A DNA stretch of 64,000 nucleotides from the human T2T-CHM13v2.0 reference genome, Homo sapiens. Positions 40,194 through 54,389 of the stretch are shown one piece after another. Under the pieces are notes generated by a model, which saw only the letters and a list, made by a program, of their open reading frames with translations, was not told the DNA's origin and did no database searches. Position numbers and translations under genes: made by a program. How positions within the stretch are numbered: the first letter of the stretch is position 1; the number at the start of each line of letters is the position of its first letter. The stretch lies in assembly GCF_009914755.1 (NCBI RefSeq), contig NC_060948.1; one strand, 5' to 3'.

Positions 40194-43100
40194 GGCCTGG
40201 AATAAAGTGGAATGCTACGGTCTCGAATGGAATAAAAATGTATGGAATGGAATGCAATGAAATGGAATCGAATGTCATAGAATGTAATGGAATGCAACAA
40301 AATGGAAACCAATATCATTGACTGGAAAGGCTGGGTGTCGAAAGGAATTGACTCCAATGGAATGGAATCGAATGGAATGGAAGTGAATAGAATCGAACTA
40401 AATCGAATGGAATGGAATTGATAGGAACGGAATGGAAAGGAATGCAATGATTTGGCATGGAATGGAATCGAATGGCATCGAATGGAATGGAATGGAATGC
40501 AATGGAATGGAATATATTAGAATGTAATGAACTTTAATGGAATGTACTCGAATGGATTCGACTGGAATGGAATGTTCTGGAAGTGAATGGACTCCAATGG
40601 AATGGATTCAAAAGGAATGGAATCGTACGGAATGGAATCTAATGGAATGGAATTAAATGGAAATGAATCAAATTGAATAGCACGGAATTGAATTGAATGG
40701 AATGGAATGCAATGGAATCTAATGAAACGGAAAGGAAAGGAATGGAATGGAATGGAATGGGCTGGAATGGAAAGGAATCGAAACGAATGGAATGGAATCG
40801 AACTGAAGAGACTGGAATGGAATGCACTGGAATGGAAGGGAGTGTAATGGAAGGTTCTCGAAAAAAATGGAATCGAATGGAATGGAATTGAATGGAACGG
40901 AATAGAGTCGAATGGAATTGAATGGAATGGAATGGACTAGAGTGAAATGGAATCGAACCACAAGGAATGGAGAGGAATAGAATGGTCTCGAATTGAATGG
41001 AATCGTATGGAATGGCATCAAACGGAATGGAATGGACAGCCACGGAATGGAATGCACTCGAATGCAATGGAGTCGAAACTAATGGACTGGAATAGAATGG
41101 ACTCGACTGGTACGGACTCCAATGGAATGGAATCGAATGGAAGGGAATCGAACGGAATGGACTCGAAGGGAAAAGACTGCAATGGAAAGGTCTCGAATGG
41201 AATGGAAATTAATGGAATGGAATGGAATCGAATGAAATGGAGTCAAAAGGAATGGAATCGAATGGCAAGAAATCGAATGTAATGGAATCGCAAGGAATTG
41301 ATGTGAACGGAACGGAATGGAATGGAATCCAAAGGAATGGAATAGAATGGAATCGAATCGAATGGAAAGGACTCGAATGGAAATCACTCGAATAGAATGC
41401 AATTTAATAAAATAGGATCAAATGTAATGGAATGGAATGGAAAGGAATCGAAACGAAAGGAATGGAGACAGATGGATTGGAATAGAACAGAGAGCAATGG
41501 TATAGAATGGAATGGAATCATCTGGAATGGAATTGAATGGAATGGAATAATATGAAATGGAATGGAATGGAATGGAATGGAATGCCCTTGAATTAAATGG
41601 ACTGGAATGGAATGGACTCGAACAGAGTGGAATGGAAAGTGTTGAGATAGAATGGAATGGACTCCTTTGGAATGGTCTAGTATGCAATGCAATCGACTGG
41701 CAGGGAATCAAAAGGAATGTAATCGAATGGATTGGACTGGAATGCAATGGACTCGAATAGATTGCAAACGGGATGCAAAGGAATGGAATGGAATAGTATG
41801 GAATGGAATGGAAAGGAATGGAGTGGAATAGACTAGAGTGGAATGGAATGGACTGGAAAGCAATGGACTGGAATGGAACTTTCTTGAATGGACTGGAATC
41901 AAACGGAATGGAATGCAATGCAATCAAATGGCATGGAATAAAATAGAATGAAAGAGAATCAAATGGAATTGAATCGAATGGAATCGAATGGATTGGAAAG
42001 GAATAGAATGGAATGGAATGGAATGGACTCAAATGGAATGGACTAGAATGGAATGGATTCGAATGGAAGGCAAAGGAATGGAATCTATTGGAATGGACTG
42101 TAATGGAATGGAATGGAAGGGATTGGAATGGACTCGAATGGAATGGACTGCAATAGAAAGGGTTCGAATGGAATGAAAAAGAATTGAATGGAATAGAACA
42201 GAATGGAATCAAATCGAATGAAATGGAATGGAATAGAAAGGAATGGAATGAAATGGAATGGAAAGGATTCGAATGGAATGCAATCGAATGGAATGGAATC
42301 GAACGGAATGGAATAAAATGGAAGAAAACTGGCAAGAAATGGAATCGAAATGAATGGAGTGTTATGGAACGGACTCAAAAGGAATTGAATGTAATAGAAT
42401 GGAGTGGAGTGGACTCGAATATAATGGACTGGAATGGAATGAAATCACATGGAATGGGAACGAATGGAATGGAATGGAAAGGAATGGAATCGAATGGAAA
42501 GGAATCGAATGGAAGGGAATGAAATTGAATCAACAGGAATGGAAGGGAATAGAATAGACGGTAATGGAATGGACTCGAATAGAATGGACACGAATGCTCA
42601 AATTGAATGGACTCGAATGGAATGGAAACGAAAGGAATGTCATCGAATGGAATTGAATCGATTGGAATGAAATCGCATAGAATGGAGTGGAATCAAATGG
42701 AATTGAATCGAAAGGAAAGGAAGCGAATGGACTGAAATGAAATGGAATGGAATTGAATGGAAAGTAATGCAATGGAATAGAATGGAACGAAATTTCACGG
42801 AATGGAATCAAACTGAATGGAATCAAATCAATGGAATCTAATCAAATGGAATGGAAAGGAATTGAATGGAGTAGATTGGATTGGATGGGATTGGAATGAA
42901 ATGTACTGGAAAGGACTCGAATTTCATGAAACGGAATGGAATGAATTGGAACGGAATGGACTCGAATGGAATGGAATGTCATGGAATGGCATCAAATGGA
43001 ATGGCATCAAATGGAATGGAATCGAATGCAATGGAATGCTATGGAATGGAATGGAATGCATTGGAATGGAATGTCCTCTAATGGAATGGATTCGAGTGGA

Positions 43101-43762
43101 ATGGAATCGAATATAATGGAGTCGAACGAAATGGAATTGAAAGGAATGGGATCGAATACAATGGAATATACTGGAATGTAATGTAATGAACTCGAATGTA
43201 ATTGACTGGAATGGAAGGTACATGAATGGAATGTAATCGAATGGAAAGTAATCCAATGGAATAGAATCTAATGCAATAAAATCGACTCAGATAGAGTAGC
43301 ATGTAATGGAATGGAGTGCAGTGCAATGGAATGGAATGGAATGGAATGCAATGGAATGGAATGGAATGGAATGGAATGGAATGGAATGGAATGGGATGGG
43401 ATTGAATGGTATGGAATGGATAGTAATGGACTGGAGTGAAATGGACTGGAAAGGAATGGACTCAAATTGAAAGGGCTCGAAAGGAATGGAGTCAAATGGA
43501 ATGGTCTGGAATGGAATGAACACGAATGTAATGCAATCCAATAGAATGGAATCGAATGGCATGGAATATAAAGAAATGGAATCGGAGAGAATGGAAACAA
43601 ATGGAATGGAATTGAATGGAATGGAATTGAATGGAATGGGAACGAATGGAGTGAAATTGTATGCAGTAGAAGGGAATAGAATGGAATGCAAGCAAAAGGA
43701 AAGGAATGGATTGGAATGGAATGGAATTCATTGGAATGGAAGGGAATGTAGTGTAATGGACA
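40194..43762. repeat. DYZ1 unit 12, 3569 bp
   Basis: GGCC at 40194 and 43763. Confidence 0.9.
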
Positions 43763-46700
43763 GGCCTGGAATAAAGTGGAATGCTACGGTCTCGAATGGA
43801 ATAAAAATGTATGGAATGGAATGCAATGAAATGGAATCGAATGTCATAGAATGTAATGGAATGCAACAAAATGGAATCCAATATCATTGACTGGAAAGGC
43901 TGGGTGTCGAAAGGAATTGACTCCAATGGAATGGAATCGAATGGAATGGAAGTGAATAGAATCGAACTAAATTGAATGGAATGGAATTGATAGGAACGGA
44001 ATGGAAAGGAATGCAATGATTTGGCATGGAATGGAATCGAATGGCATCGAATGGAATGGAATGGAATGCAATGGAATGGAATGTATTAGAATGTAATGAA
44101 CTTTAATGGAATGTACTCGAATGGATTCGACTGGAATGGAATGTTCTGGAAGTGAATGGACTCCAATGGAATGGATTCAAAAGGAATGGAATCGTACGGA
44201 ATGGAATCTAATGGAATGGAATTAAATGGAAATGAATCAAATTGAATAGCACGGAATTGAATTGAATGGAATGGAATGCAATGGAATCTAATGAAACGGA
44301 AAGGAAAGGAATGGAATGGAATGGAATGGGCTGGAATGGAAAGGAATCGAAACGAATGGAATGGAATCGAACTGAAGAGACTGGAATGGAATGCACTGGA
44401 ATGGAAGGGAGTGTAATGGAAGGTTCTCGAAAAAAATGGAATCGAATGGAATGGAATTGAATGGAACGGAATAGAGTCGAATGGAATTGAATGGAATGGA
44501 ATGGACTAGAGTGAAATGGAATCGAACCACAAGGAATGGACATGAATAGAATGGTCTCGAATTGAATGGAATCGTATGGAATGGCATCAAACGGAATGGA
44601 ATGGACAGCCACGGAATGGAATGCACTCGAATGCAATGGAGTCGAAACTAATGGACTGGAATAGAATGGACTCGACTGGTACGGACTCCAATGGAATGGA
44701 ATCGAATGGAAGGGAATCGAACGGAATGGACTCGAAGGGAAAAGACTGCAATGGAAAGGTCTCGAATGGAATGGAAATTAATGGAATGGAATGGAATCGA
44801 ATGAAATGGAGTCAAAAGGAATGGAATCGAATGGCAAGAAATCGAATGTAATGGAATCGCAAGGAATTGATGTGAACGGAACGGAATGGAATGGAATCCA
44901 AAGGAATGGAATAGAATGGAATGGAATCGAATGGAAAGGACTCGAATGGCAATCACTCGAATAGAATGCAATTTAATAAAATAGGATCAAATGTAATGGA
45001 ATGGAATGGAAAGGAATCGAAACGAAAGGAATGGAGACAGATGGAATGGAATGGAACAGAGAGCAATGGTATAGAATGGAATGGAATCATCTGGAATGGA
45101 ATTGAATGGAATGGAATAATATGAAATGGAATGGAATGGAATGGAATGGAATGCCCTTGAATTAAATGGACTGGAATGGAATGGACTCGAACAGAGTGGA
45201 ATGGAAAGTGTTGAGATAGAATGGAATGGACTCCTCTGGAATGGTCTAGTATGCAATGCAATCGACTGGCAGGGAATCAAAAGGAATGTAATCGAATGGA
45301 TTGGACTGGAATGCAATGGACTCGAATAGATTGGAAACGGGATGCAAAGGAATGGAATGGAATAGTATGGAATGGAATGGAAAGGAATGGAGTGGAATAG
45401 ACTAGAGTGGAATGGAATGGACTGGAAAGCAATGGACTGGAATGGAACTTTCTTGAATGGACTGGAATCAAACGGAATGGAATGCAATGCAATCAAATGG
45501 CATGGAATAAAATAGAATGAAAGAGAATCAAATGGAATTGAATCGAATGGAATCGAATGGATTGGAAAGGAATAGAATGGAATGGAATGGAATGGACTCA
45601 AATGGAATGGACTAGAATGGAATGGATTCGAATGGAAGGCAAAGGAATGGAATCTATTGGAATGGACTGTAATGGAATGGAATGGAAGGGATTGGAATGG
45701 ACTCGAATGGAATGGACTGCAATAGAAAGGGTTCGAATGGAATGAAAAAGAATTGAATGGAATAGAACAGAATGGAATCAAATCGAATGAAATGGAATGG
45801 AATAGAAAGGAATGGAATGAAATGGAATGGAAAGGATTCGAATGGAATGCAATCGAATGGAATGGAATCGAACGGAATGGAATAAAATGGAAGAAAACTG
45901 GCAAGAAATGGAATCGAAATGAATGGAGTGTTATGGAACGGACTCAAAAGGAATTGAATGTAATAGAATGGAGTGGAGTGGACTCGAATATAATGGACTG
46001 GAATGGAATGAAATCACATGGAATGGGAACGAATGGAATGGAATGGAAAGGAATGGAATCGAATGGAAAGGAATCGAATGGAAGGGAATGAAATTGAATC
46101 AACAGGAATGGAAGGGAATAGAATAGACGGTAATGGAATGGACTCGAATTGAATGGACACGAATGCTCAAATTGAATGGACTCGAATGGAATGGAAACGA
46201 AAGGAATGTCATCGAATGGAATTGAATCGATTGGAATGAAATCGCATAGAATGGAGTGGAATCAAATGGAATTGAATCGAAAGGAAAGGAAGCGAATGGA
46301 CTGAAATGAAATGGAATGGAATTGAATGGAAAGTAATGCAATGGAATAGAATGGAACGAAATTTCACGGAATGGAATCAAACTGAATGGAATCAAATCAC
46401 TGGAATCTAATCAAATGGAATGGAAAGGAATTGAATGGAGTAGATTGGATTGGATGGGATTGGAATGAAATGTACTGGAAAGGACTCGAATTTCATGAAA
46501 CGGAATGGAATGAATTGGAACGGAATGGACTCGAATGGAATGGAATGTCATGGAATGGCATCAAATGGAATGGCATCAAATGGAATGGAATCGAAAGCAA
46601 TGGAATGCTATGGAATGGAATGGAATGCATTGGAATGGAATGTCCTCTAATGGAATGGATTCGAGTGGAATGGAATCGAATATAATGGAGTCGAATGAAA

Positions 46701-47306
46701 TGGAATTGAAAGGAATGGGATCGAATACAATGGAATATACTGGAATGTAATGTAATGAACTAAAATGTAATTGACTGGAATGGAATGTACATGAATGGAA
46801 TGTAATCGAATGGAAAGTAATCCAATGGAATAGAATCTAATGCAATAAAATCGACTCAGATAGAGTAGAATGTAATGGAATGGAGTGCAGTGCAATGGAA
46901 TGGAATGGAATGGAATGGAATGGAATGGAATGGAATGGAATGGGATGGAATGGTATGGAATGGACAGTAATGGACTGGAGTGAAATGGACTGGAAAGGAA
47001 TGGACTCAAATTGAAAGGGCTCGAAAGGAATAGAGACAAATGGAATGGTCTGGAATGGAATGAACACGAATGTAATGCAATCCAATAGAATGGAGTCGAA
47101 TGGCATGGAATATAAAGAAATGGAATCGAAGAGAATGGAAACAAATGGAATGGAATTGAATGGAATGGAATTGAATGGAATGGGAACGAATGGAGTGAAA
47201 TTGTATGCAGTAGAAGAGAATAGAATGGAATGCAAGCGAAAGGAAAGGAATGGATTGGAATGGAATGGAATTCATTGGAATGGAAGGGAATGTAGTGTAA
47301 TGGACA
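43763..47306. repeat. DYZ1 unit 13, 3544 bp
   Basis: GGCC at 43763 and 47307. Confidence 0.9.
46896..46940 (+). repeat. Perfect (TGGAA)9 run in the length-variable tract of the unit
   Basis: Nine uninterrupted TGGAA; equivalent 9-copy runs at 25557-25601 and 39778-39822. Confidence 0.85.
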
Positions 47307-50300
47307 GGCCTGGAATAAAGTGGAATGCTACGGTCTCGAATGGAATAAAAATGTATGGAATGGAATGCAATGAAACGGAATCGAATGTCATAGAATGTAA
47401 TGGAATGCAAAAAAATGGAATCCAAAATCATTGACTGGAAAGGCTGGGTGTCGAAAGGAATTGACTCCAATGGAATGGAATCGAATGGAATGGAAGTTAA
47501 TAGAATCGAACTAAATCGAATGGAATGGAATTGATAGGAACGGAATGGAAAGGAATGCAATGATTTGGCATGGAATGGAATCGAATGGCATCGAATGGAA
47601 TGGAATGGAATGCAATGGAATGGAATGTATTAGAATGTAATGAACTTTAATGGAATGTACTCGAATGCATTCGACTGGAATGGAATGTTCTGGAAGTGAA
47701 TGGACTCCAATGGAATGGATTCAAAAGGAATGGAATCGTACGGAATGGAATCTAATGGAATGGAATTAAATGGAAATGAATCAAATTGAATAGCACGGAA
47801 TTGAATTGAATGGAATGGAATGCAATGAAATCTAATGAAACGGAAAGGAAAGGAATGGAATGGAATGGAATGGGCTGGAATGGAAAGGAATCGAAACGAA
47901 TGGAATGGAATCGAACTGAAGAGACTGGAATGGAATGCACTGGAATGGAAGGGAGTGTAATGGAAGGTTCTCGAAAAAAATGGAATCGAATGGAATGGAA
48001 TTGAATGGAACGGAATAGAGTCGAATGGAATTGAATGGAATGGAATGGACTAGAGTGAAATGGAATCGAACCACAAGGAATGGACAGGAATAGAATGGTC
48101 TCGAATTGAATGGGATCGTATGGAATGGCATCAAACGGAATGGAATGGACAGCCACGGAATGGAATGCACTCGAATGCAATGGAGTCGAAACTAATGGAC
48201 TGGAATAGAATGGACTCGACTGGTACGGACTCCAATGGAATGGAATCGAATGGAAGGGAATCGAACGGAATGGACTCGAAGGGAAAAGACTGCAATGGAA
48301 AGGTCTCGAATGGAATGGAAATTAATGGAATGGAATGGAATCGAATGAAATGGAGGCAAAAGGAATGGAATCGAATGGCAAGAAATCGAATGTAATGGAA
48401 TCGCAAGGAATTGATGTGAACGGAACGGAATGGAATGGAATCCAAAGGAATGGAATAGAATGGAATGGAATCGAATGGAAAGGACTCGAATGGAAATCAC
48501 TCGAATAGAATGCAATTTAATAAAATAGGATCAAATGTAATGGAATGGAATGGAAAGGAATCGAAACGAAAGGAATGGAGACAGATGGAATGGAATGGAA
48601 GAGAGAGCAATGGTATAGAATGGAATGGAATCATCTGGAATGGAATTGAATGGAATGGAATAATATGAAATGGAATGGAATGGAATGGAATGGAATGCCC
48701 TTGAATTAAATGGACTGGACTCGAACAGAGTGGAATGGAAAGTGTTGAGATAGAATGGAATGGACTCCTTTGGAATGGTGTAGTATGCAATGCAATCGAC
48801 TGGCATGGAATCAAAAGGAATGTAATGGAATGGATTGGACTGGAATGCAATGGACTCGAATAGATTGGAAACGGAATGCAAAGGAATGGAATGGAATAGT
48901 ATGGAATTTAATGGAAAGGAATGGAGTGGAATAGACTAGAGTGGAATGGAATGGACTGGAAAGCAATGGACTGGAATGGAACTTTCTTGAATGGACTGGA
49001 ATCAAACGGAATGGAATGCAATGCAATCAAATGGCATGGAATAAAATAGAATGAAAGAGAATCAAATGGAATTGAATCGAATGGAATCGAATGGATTGGA
49101 AAGGAATAGAATGGAATGGAATGGAATTGACTCAAATGGAATGGACTAGAATGGAATGGATTCGAATGGAAGGCAAAGGAATGGAATCTACTGGAATGGA
49201 CTGTAATGGAATGGAATGGAAGGGATTGGAATGGACTCGAATGGAATGGACTGCAATAGAAAGGATTCGAATGGAATGAAAAAGAATTGAATGGAATAGA
49301 ACAGAATGGAATCAAATCGAATGAAATGGAATGGAATAGAAAGGAATGGAATGAAATGGAATGGAAAGGATTCGAATGGAATGCAATCGAATGGAATGGA
49401 ATCGAACGGAATGGAATAAAATGGAAGAAAACTGGCAAGAAATGGAATCGAAATGAATGGAGTGTTATGGAACGGACTCAAAAGGAATTGAATGTAATAG
49501 AATGGAGTGGAGTGGACTCGAATATAATGGACTGGAATGGAATGAAATCACATGGAATGGGAACGAATGGAATGGAATGGAAAGGAATGGAATCGAATGG
49601 AAAGGAATCGAATGGAAGGGAATGAAATTGAATCAACAGGAATGGAAGGGAATAGAATAGACGGTAATGGAATGGACTCGAATTGAATGGACACGAATGC
49701 TCAAATTGAATGGACTCGAATGGAATGGAAACGAAAGGAATGTCATCGAATGGAATTGAATGGATTGGAATGAAATCGCATAGAATGGAGTGGAATCAAA
49801 TGGAATTGAATCGAAAGGAAAGGAAGCGAATGGACTGAAATGAAATGGAATGGAATTGAATGGAAAGTAATGCAATGGAATAGAATGGAACGAAATTTCA
49901 CGGAATGGAATCAAACTGAATGGAATCAAATCACTGGAATCTAATCAAATGGAATGGAAAGGAATTGAATGGAGTAGATTGGATTGGATGGGATTGGAAT
50001 GAAATGTACTGGAAAGGACTCGAATTTCATGAAACGGAATGGAATGAATTGGAACGGAATGGACTCGAATGGAATGGAATGTCATGGAATGGCATCAAAT
50101 GGAATGGCATCAAATGGAATGGAATCGAATGCAATGGAATGCTATGGAATGGAATGGAATGCATTGGAATGGAATGTCCTCTAATGGAATGGATTCGAGT
50201 GGAATGGAATCGAATATAATGGAGTCGAATGAAATGGAATTGAAAGGAATGGGATCGAATACAATGGAATATACTGGAATGTAATGTAATGAACTAAAAT

Positions 50301-50840
50301 GTAATTGACTGGAATGGAATGTACATGAATGGAATGTAATCGAATGGAAAGTAATCCAATGGAATAGAATCTAATGCAATAAAATCGACTCAGATAGAGT
50401 AGAATGTAATGGAATGGAGTGCAGTGCAATGGAATGGAATGGAATGGAACGGAATGGAATGGAATGGAATGGAATGGGATGGAATGGTATGGAATGGACA
50501 GTAATGGACTGGAGTGAAATGGACTGGAAAGGAATGGACTCAAATTGAAAGGGCTCGAAAGGAATAGAGACAAATGGAATGGTCTGGAATGGAATGAACA
50601 CGAATGTAATGCAATCCAATAGAATGGAGTCGAATGGCATGGAATATAAAGAAATGGAATCGAAGAGAATGGAAACAAATGGAATGGAATTGAATGGAAT
50701 GGAATTGAATGGAATGGGAACGAATGGAGTGAAATTGTATGCAGTAGAAGAGAATAGAATGGAATGCAAGCGAAAGGAAAGGAATGGATTGGAATGGAAT
50801 GGAATTCATTGGAATGGAAGGGAATGTAGTGTAATGGACA
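47307..50840. repeat. DYZ1 unit 14, 3534 bp
   Basis: GGCC at 47307 and 50841. Confidence 0.9.
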
Positions 50841-53800
50841 GGCCTGGAATAAAGTGGAATGCTACGGTCTCGAATGGAATAAAAATGTATGGAATGGAAT
50901 GCAATGAAACGGAATCGAATGTCATAGAATGTAATGGAATGCAAAAAAATGGAATCCAAAATCATTGACTGGAAAGGCTGGGTGTCGAAAGGAATTGACT
51001 CCAATGGAATGGAATCGAATGGAATGGAAGTGAATAGAATCGAACTAAATCGAATGGAATGGAATTGATAGGAACGGAATGGAAAGGAATGCAATGATTT
51101 GGCATGGAATGGAATCGAATGGCATCGAATGGAATGGAATGGAATGCAATGGAATGGAATGTATTAGAATGTAATGAACTTTAATGGAATGTACTCGAAT
51201 GCATTCGACTGGAATGGAATGTTCTGGAAGTGAATGGACTCCAATGGAATGGATTCAAAAGGAATGGAATCTTACGGAATGGAATCTAATGGAATGGAAT
51301 TAAATGGAAATGAATCAAATTGAATAGCACGGAATTGAATTGAATGGAATGGAATGCAATGAAATCTAATGAAACGGAAAGGAAAGGAATGGAATGGAAT
51401 GGAATGGGCTGGAATGGAAAGGAATCGAAACGAATGGAATGGAATCGAACTGAAGAGACTGGAATGGAATGCACTGGAATGGAAGGGAGTGTAATGGAAG
51501 GTTCTCGAAAAAAATGGAATCGAATGGAATGGAATTGAATGGAACGGAATAGAGTCGAATGGAATTGAATGGAATGGAATGGACTAGAGTGAAATGGAAT
51601 CGAACCACAAGGAATGGACAGGAATAGAATGGTCTCGAATTGAATGGGATCGTATGGAATGGCATCAAACGGAATGGAATGGACAGCCACGGAATGGAAT
51701 GCACTCGAATGCAATGGAGTCGAAACTAATGGACTGGAATAGAATGGACTCGACTGGTACGGACTCCAATGGAATGGAATCGAATGGAAGGGAATCGAAC
51801 GGAATGGACTCGAAGGGAAAAGACTGCAATGGAAAGGTCTCGAATGGAATGGAAATTAATGGAATGGAATGGAATCGAATGAAATGGAGGCAAAAGGAAT
51901 GGAATCGAATGGCAAGAAATCGAATGTAATGGAATCGCAAGGAATTGATGTGAACGGAACGGAATGGAATGGAATCCAAAGGAATGGAATAGAATGGAAT
52001 GGAATCGAATGGAAAGGACTCGAATGGAAATCACTCGAATAGAATGCAATTTAATAAAATAGGATCAAATGTAATGGAATGGAATGGAAAGGAATCGAAA
52101 CGAAAGGAATGGAGACAGATGGAATGGAATGGAAGAGAGAGCAATGGTATAGAATGGAATGGAATCATCTGGAATGGAATTGAATGGAATGGAATAATAT
52201 GAAATGGAATGGAATGGAATGGAATGGAATGCCCTTGAATTAAATGGACTGGACTCGAACAGAGTGGAATGGAAAGTGTTGAGATAGAATGGAATGGACT
52301 CCTTTGGAATGGTGTAGTATGCAATGCAATCGACTGGCATGGAATCAAAAGGAATGTAATGGAATGGATTGGACTGGAATGCAATGGACTCGAATAGATT
52401 GGAAACGGAATGCAAAGGAATGGAATGTAATAGTATGGAATGGAATGGAAAGGAATGGAGTGGAATAGACTAGAGTGGAATGGAATGGACTGGAAAGCAA
52501 TGGACTGGAATGGAACTTTCTTGAATGGACTGGAATCAAACGGAATGGAATGCAATGCAATCAAATGGCATGGAATAAAATAGAATGAAAGAGAATCAAA
52601 TGGAATTGAATCGAATGGAATCGAATGGATTGGAAAGGAATAGAATGGAATGGAATGGAATGGACTCAAATGGAATGGACTAGAATGGAATGGATTCGAA
52701 TGGAAGGCAAAGGAATGGAATCTATTGGAATGGACTGTAATGGAATGGAATGGAAGGGATTGGAATGGACTCGAATGGAATGGACTGCAATAGAAAGGAT
52801 TCGAATGGAATGAAAAAGAATTGAATGGAATAGAACAGAATGGAATCAAATCGAATGAAATGGAATGGAATAGAAAGGAATGGAATGAAATGGAATGGAA
52901 AGGATTCGAATGGAATGCAATCGAATGGAATGGAATCGAACGGAATGGAATAAAATGGAAGAAAACTGGCAAGAAATGGAATCGAAATGAATGGAGTGTT
53001 ATGGAACGGACTCAAAAGGAATTGAATGTAATAGAATGGAGTGGAGTGGACTCGAATATAATGGACTGGAATGGAATGAAATCACATGGAATGGGAACGA
53101 ATGGAATGGAATGGAAAGGAATGGAATCGAATGGAAAGGAATCGAATGGAAGGGAATGAAATTGAATCAACAGGAATGGAAGGGAATAGAATAGACGGTA
53201 ATGGAATGGACTCGAATAGAATGGACACGAATGCTCAAATTGAATGGACTCGAATGGAATGGAAACGAAAGGAATGTCATCGAATGGAATTGAATCGATT
53301 GGAATGAAATCGCATAGAATGGAGTGGAATCAAATGGAATTGAATCGAAAGGAAAGGAAGCGAATGGACTGAAATGAAATGGAATGGAATTGAATGGAAA
53401 GTAATGCAATGGAATAGAATGGAACGAAATTTCACGGAATGGAATCAAACTGAATGGAATCAAATCAATGGAATCAAATCAAATGGAATGGAAAGGAATT
53501 GAATGGAGTAGATTGGATTGGATGGGATTGGAATGAAATGTACTGGAAAGGACTCGAATTTCATGAAACGGAATGGAATGAATTGGAACGGAATGGACTC
53601 GAATGGAATGGAATGTCATGGAATGGCATCAAATGGAATGGCATCAAATGGAATGGAATCGAATGCAATGGAATGCTATGGAATGGAATGGAATGCATTG
53701 GAATGGAATGTCCTCTAATGGAATGGATTCGAGTGGAATGGAATCGAATATAATGGAGTCGAATGAAATGGAATTGAAAGGAATGGGATCGAATACAATG

Positions 53801-54389
53801 GAATATACTGGAATGTAATGTAATGAACTCGAATGTAATTGACTGGAATGGAATGTACGTGAATGGAATATAATCGATTGGAAAGTAATCCAATGGAATA
53901 GAATCTAATGCAATAAAATCGACTCAGATAGAGTAGAATGTAATGGAAAGGAGTGCAGTGCAATGGAATGGAATGGAATGGAATGCAATTGAATGGAATG
54001 GAATGGAATGGAATGGAATGGGATGGGATGGAATGGTATGGAATGGATAGTAATGGACTGGAGTGAAATGGACTGGAAAGGAATGGACTCAAATTGAAAG
54101 GGCTCGAAAGGAATGGAGTCAAATGGAATGGTCTGGAATGGAATGAACACGAATGTAATGCAATCCAATAGAATGGAATCGAATGGCATGGAATATAAAG
54201 AAATGGAATCGGAGAGAATGGAAACAAATGGAATGGAAATGAATGGAATGGAATTGAATGGAATGGGAACGAATGGAGTGAAATTGTATGCAGCAGAAGG
54301 GAATAGAATGGAATGCAAGCGAAAGGAAAGGAATGGATTGGAATGGAATGGAATTCATTGGAATGGAAGGGAATGTAGTGTAATGGACA
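50841..54389. repeat. DYZ1 unit 15, 3549 bp
   Basis: GGCC at 50841 and 54390. Confidence 0.9.
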
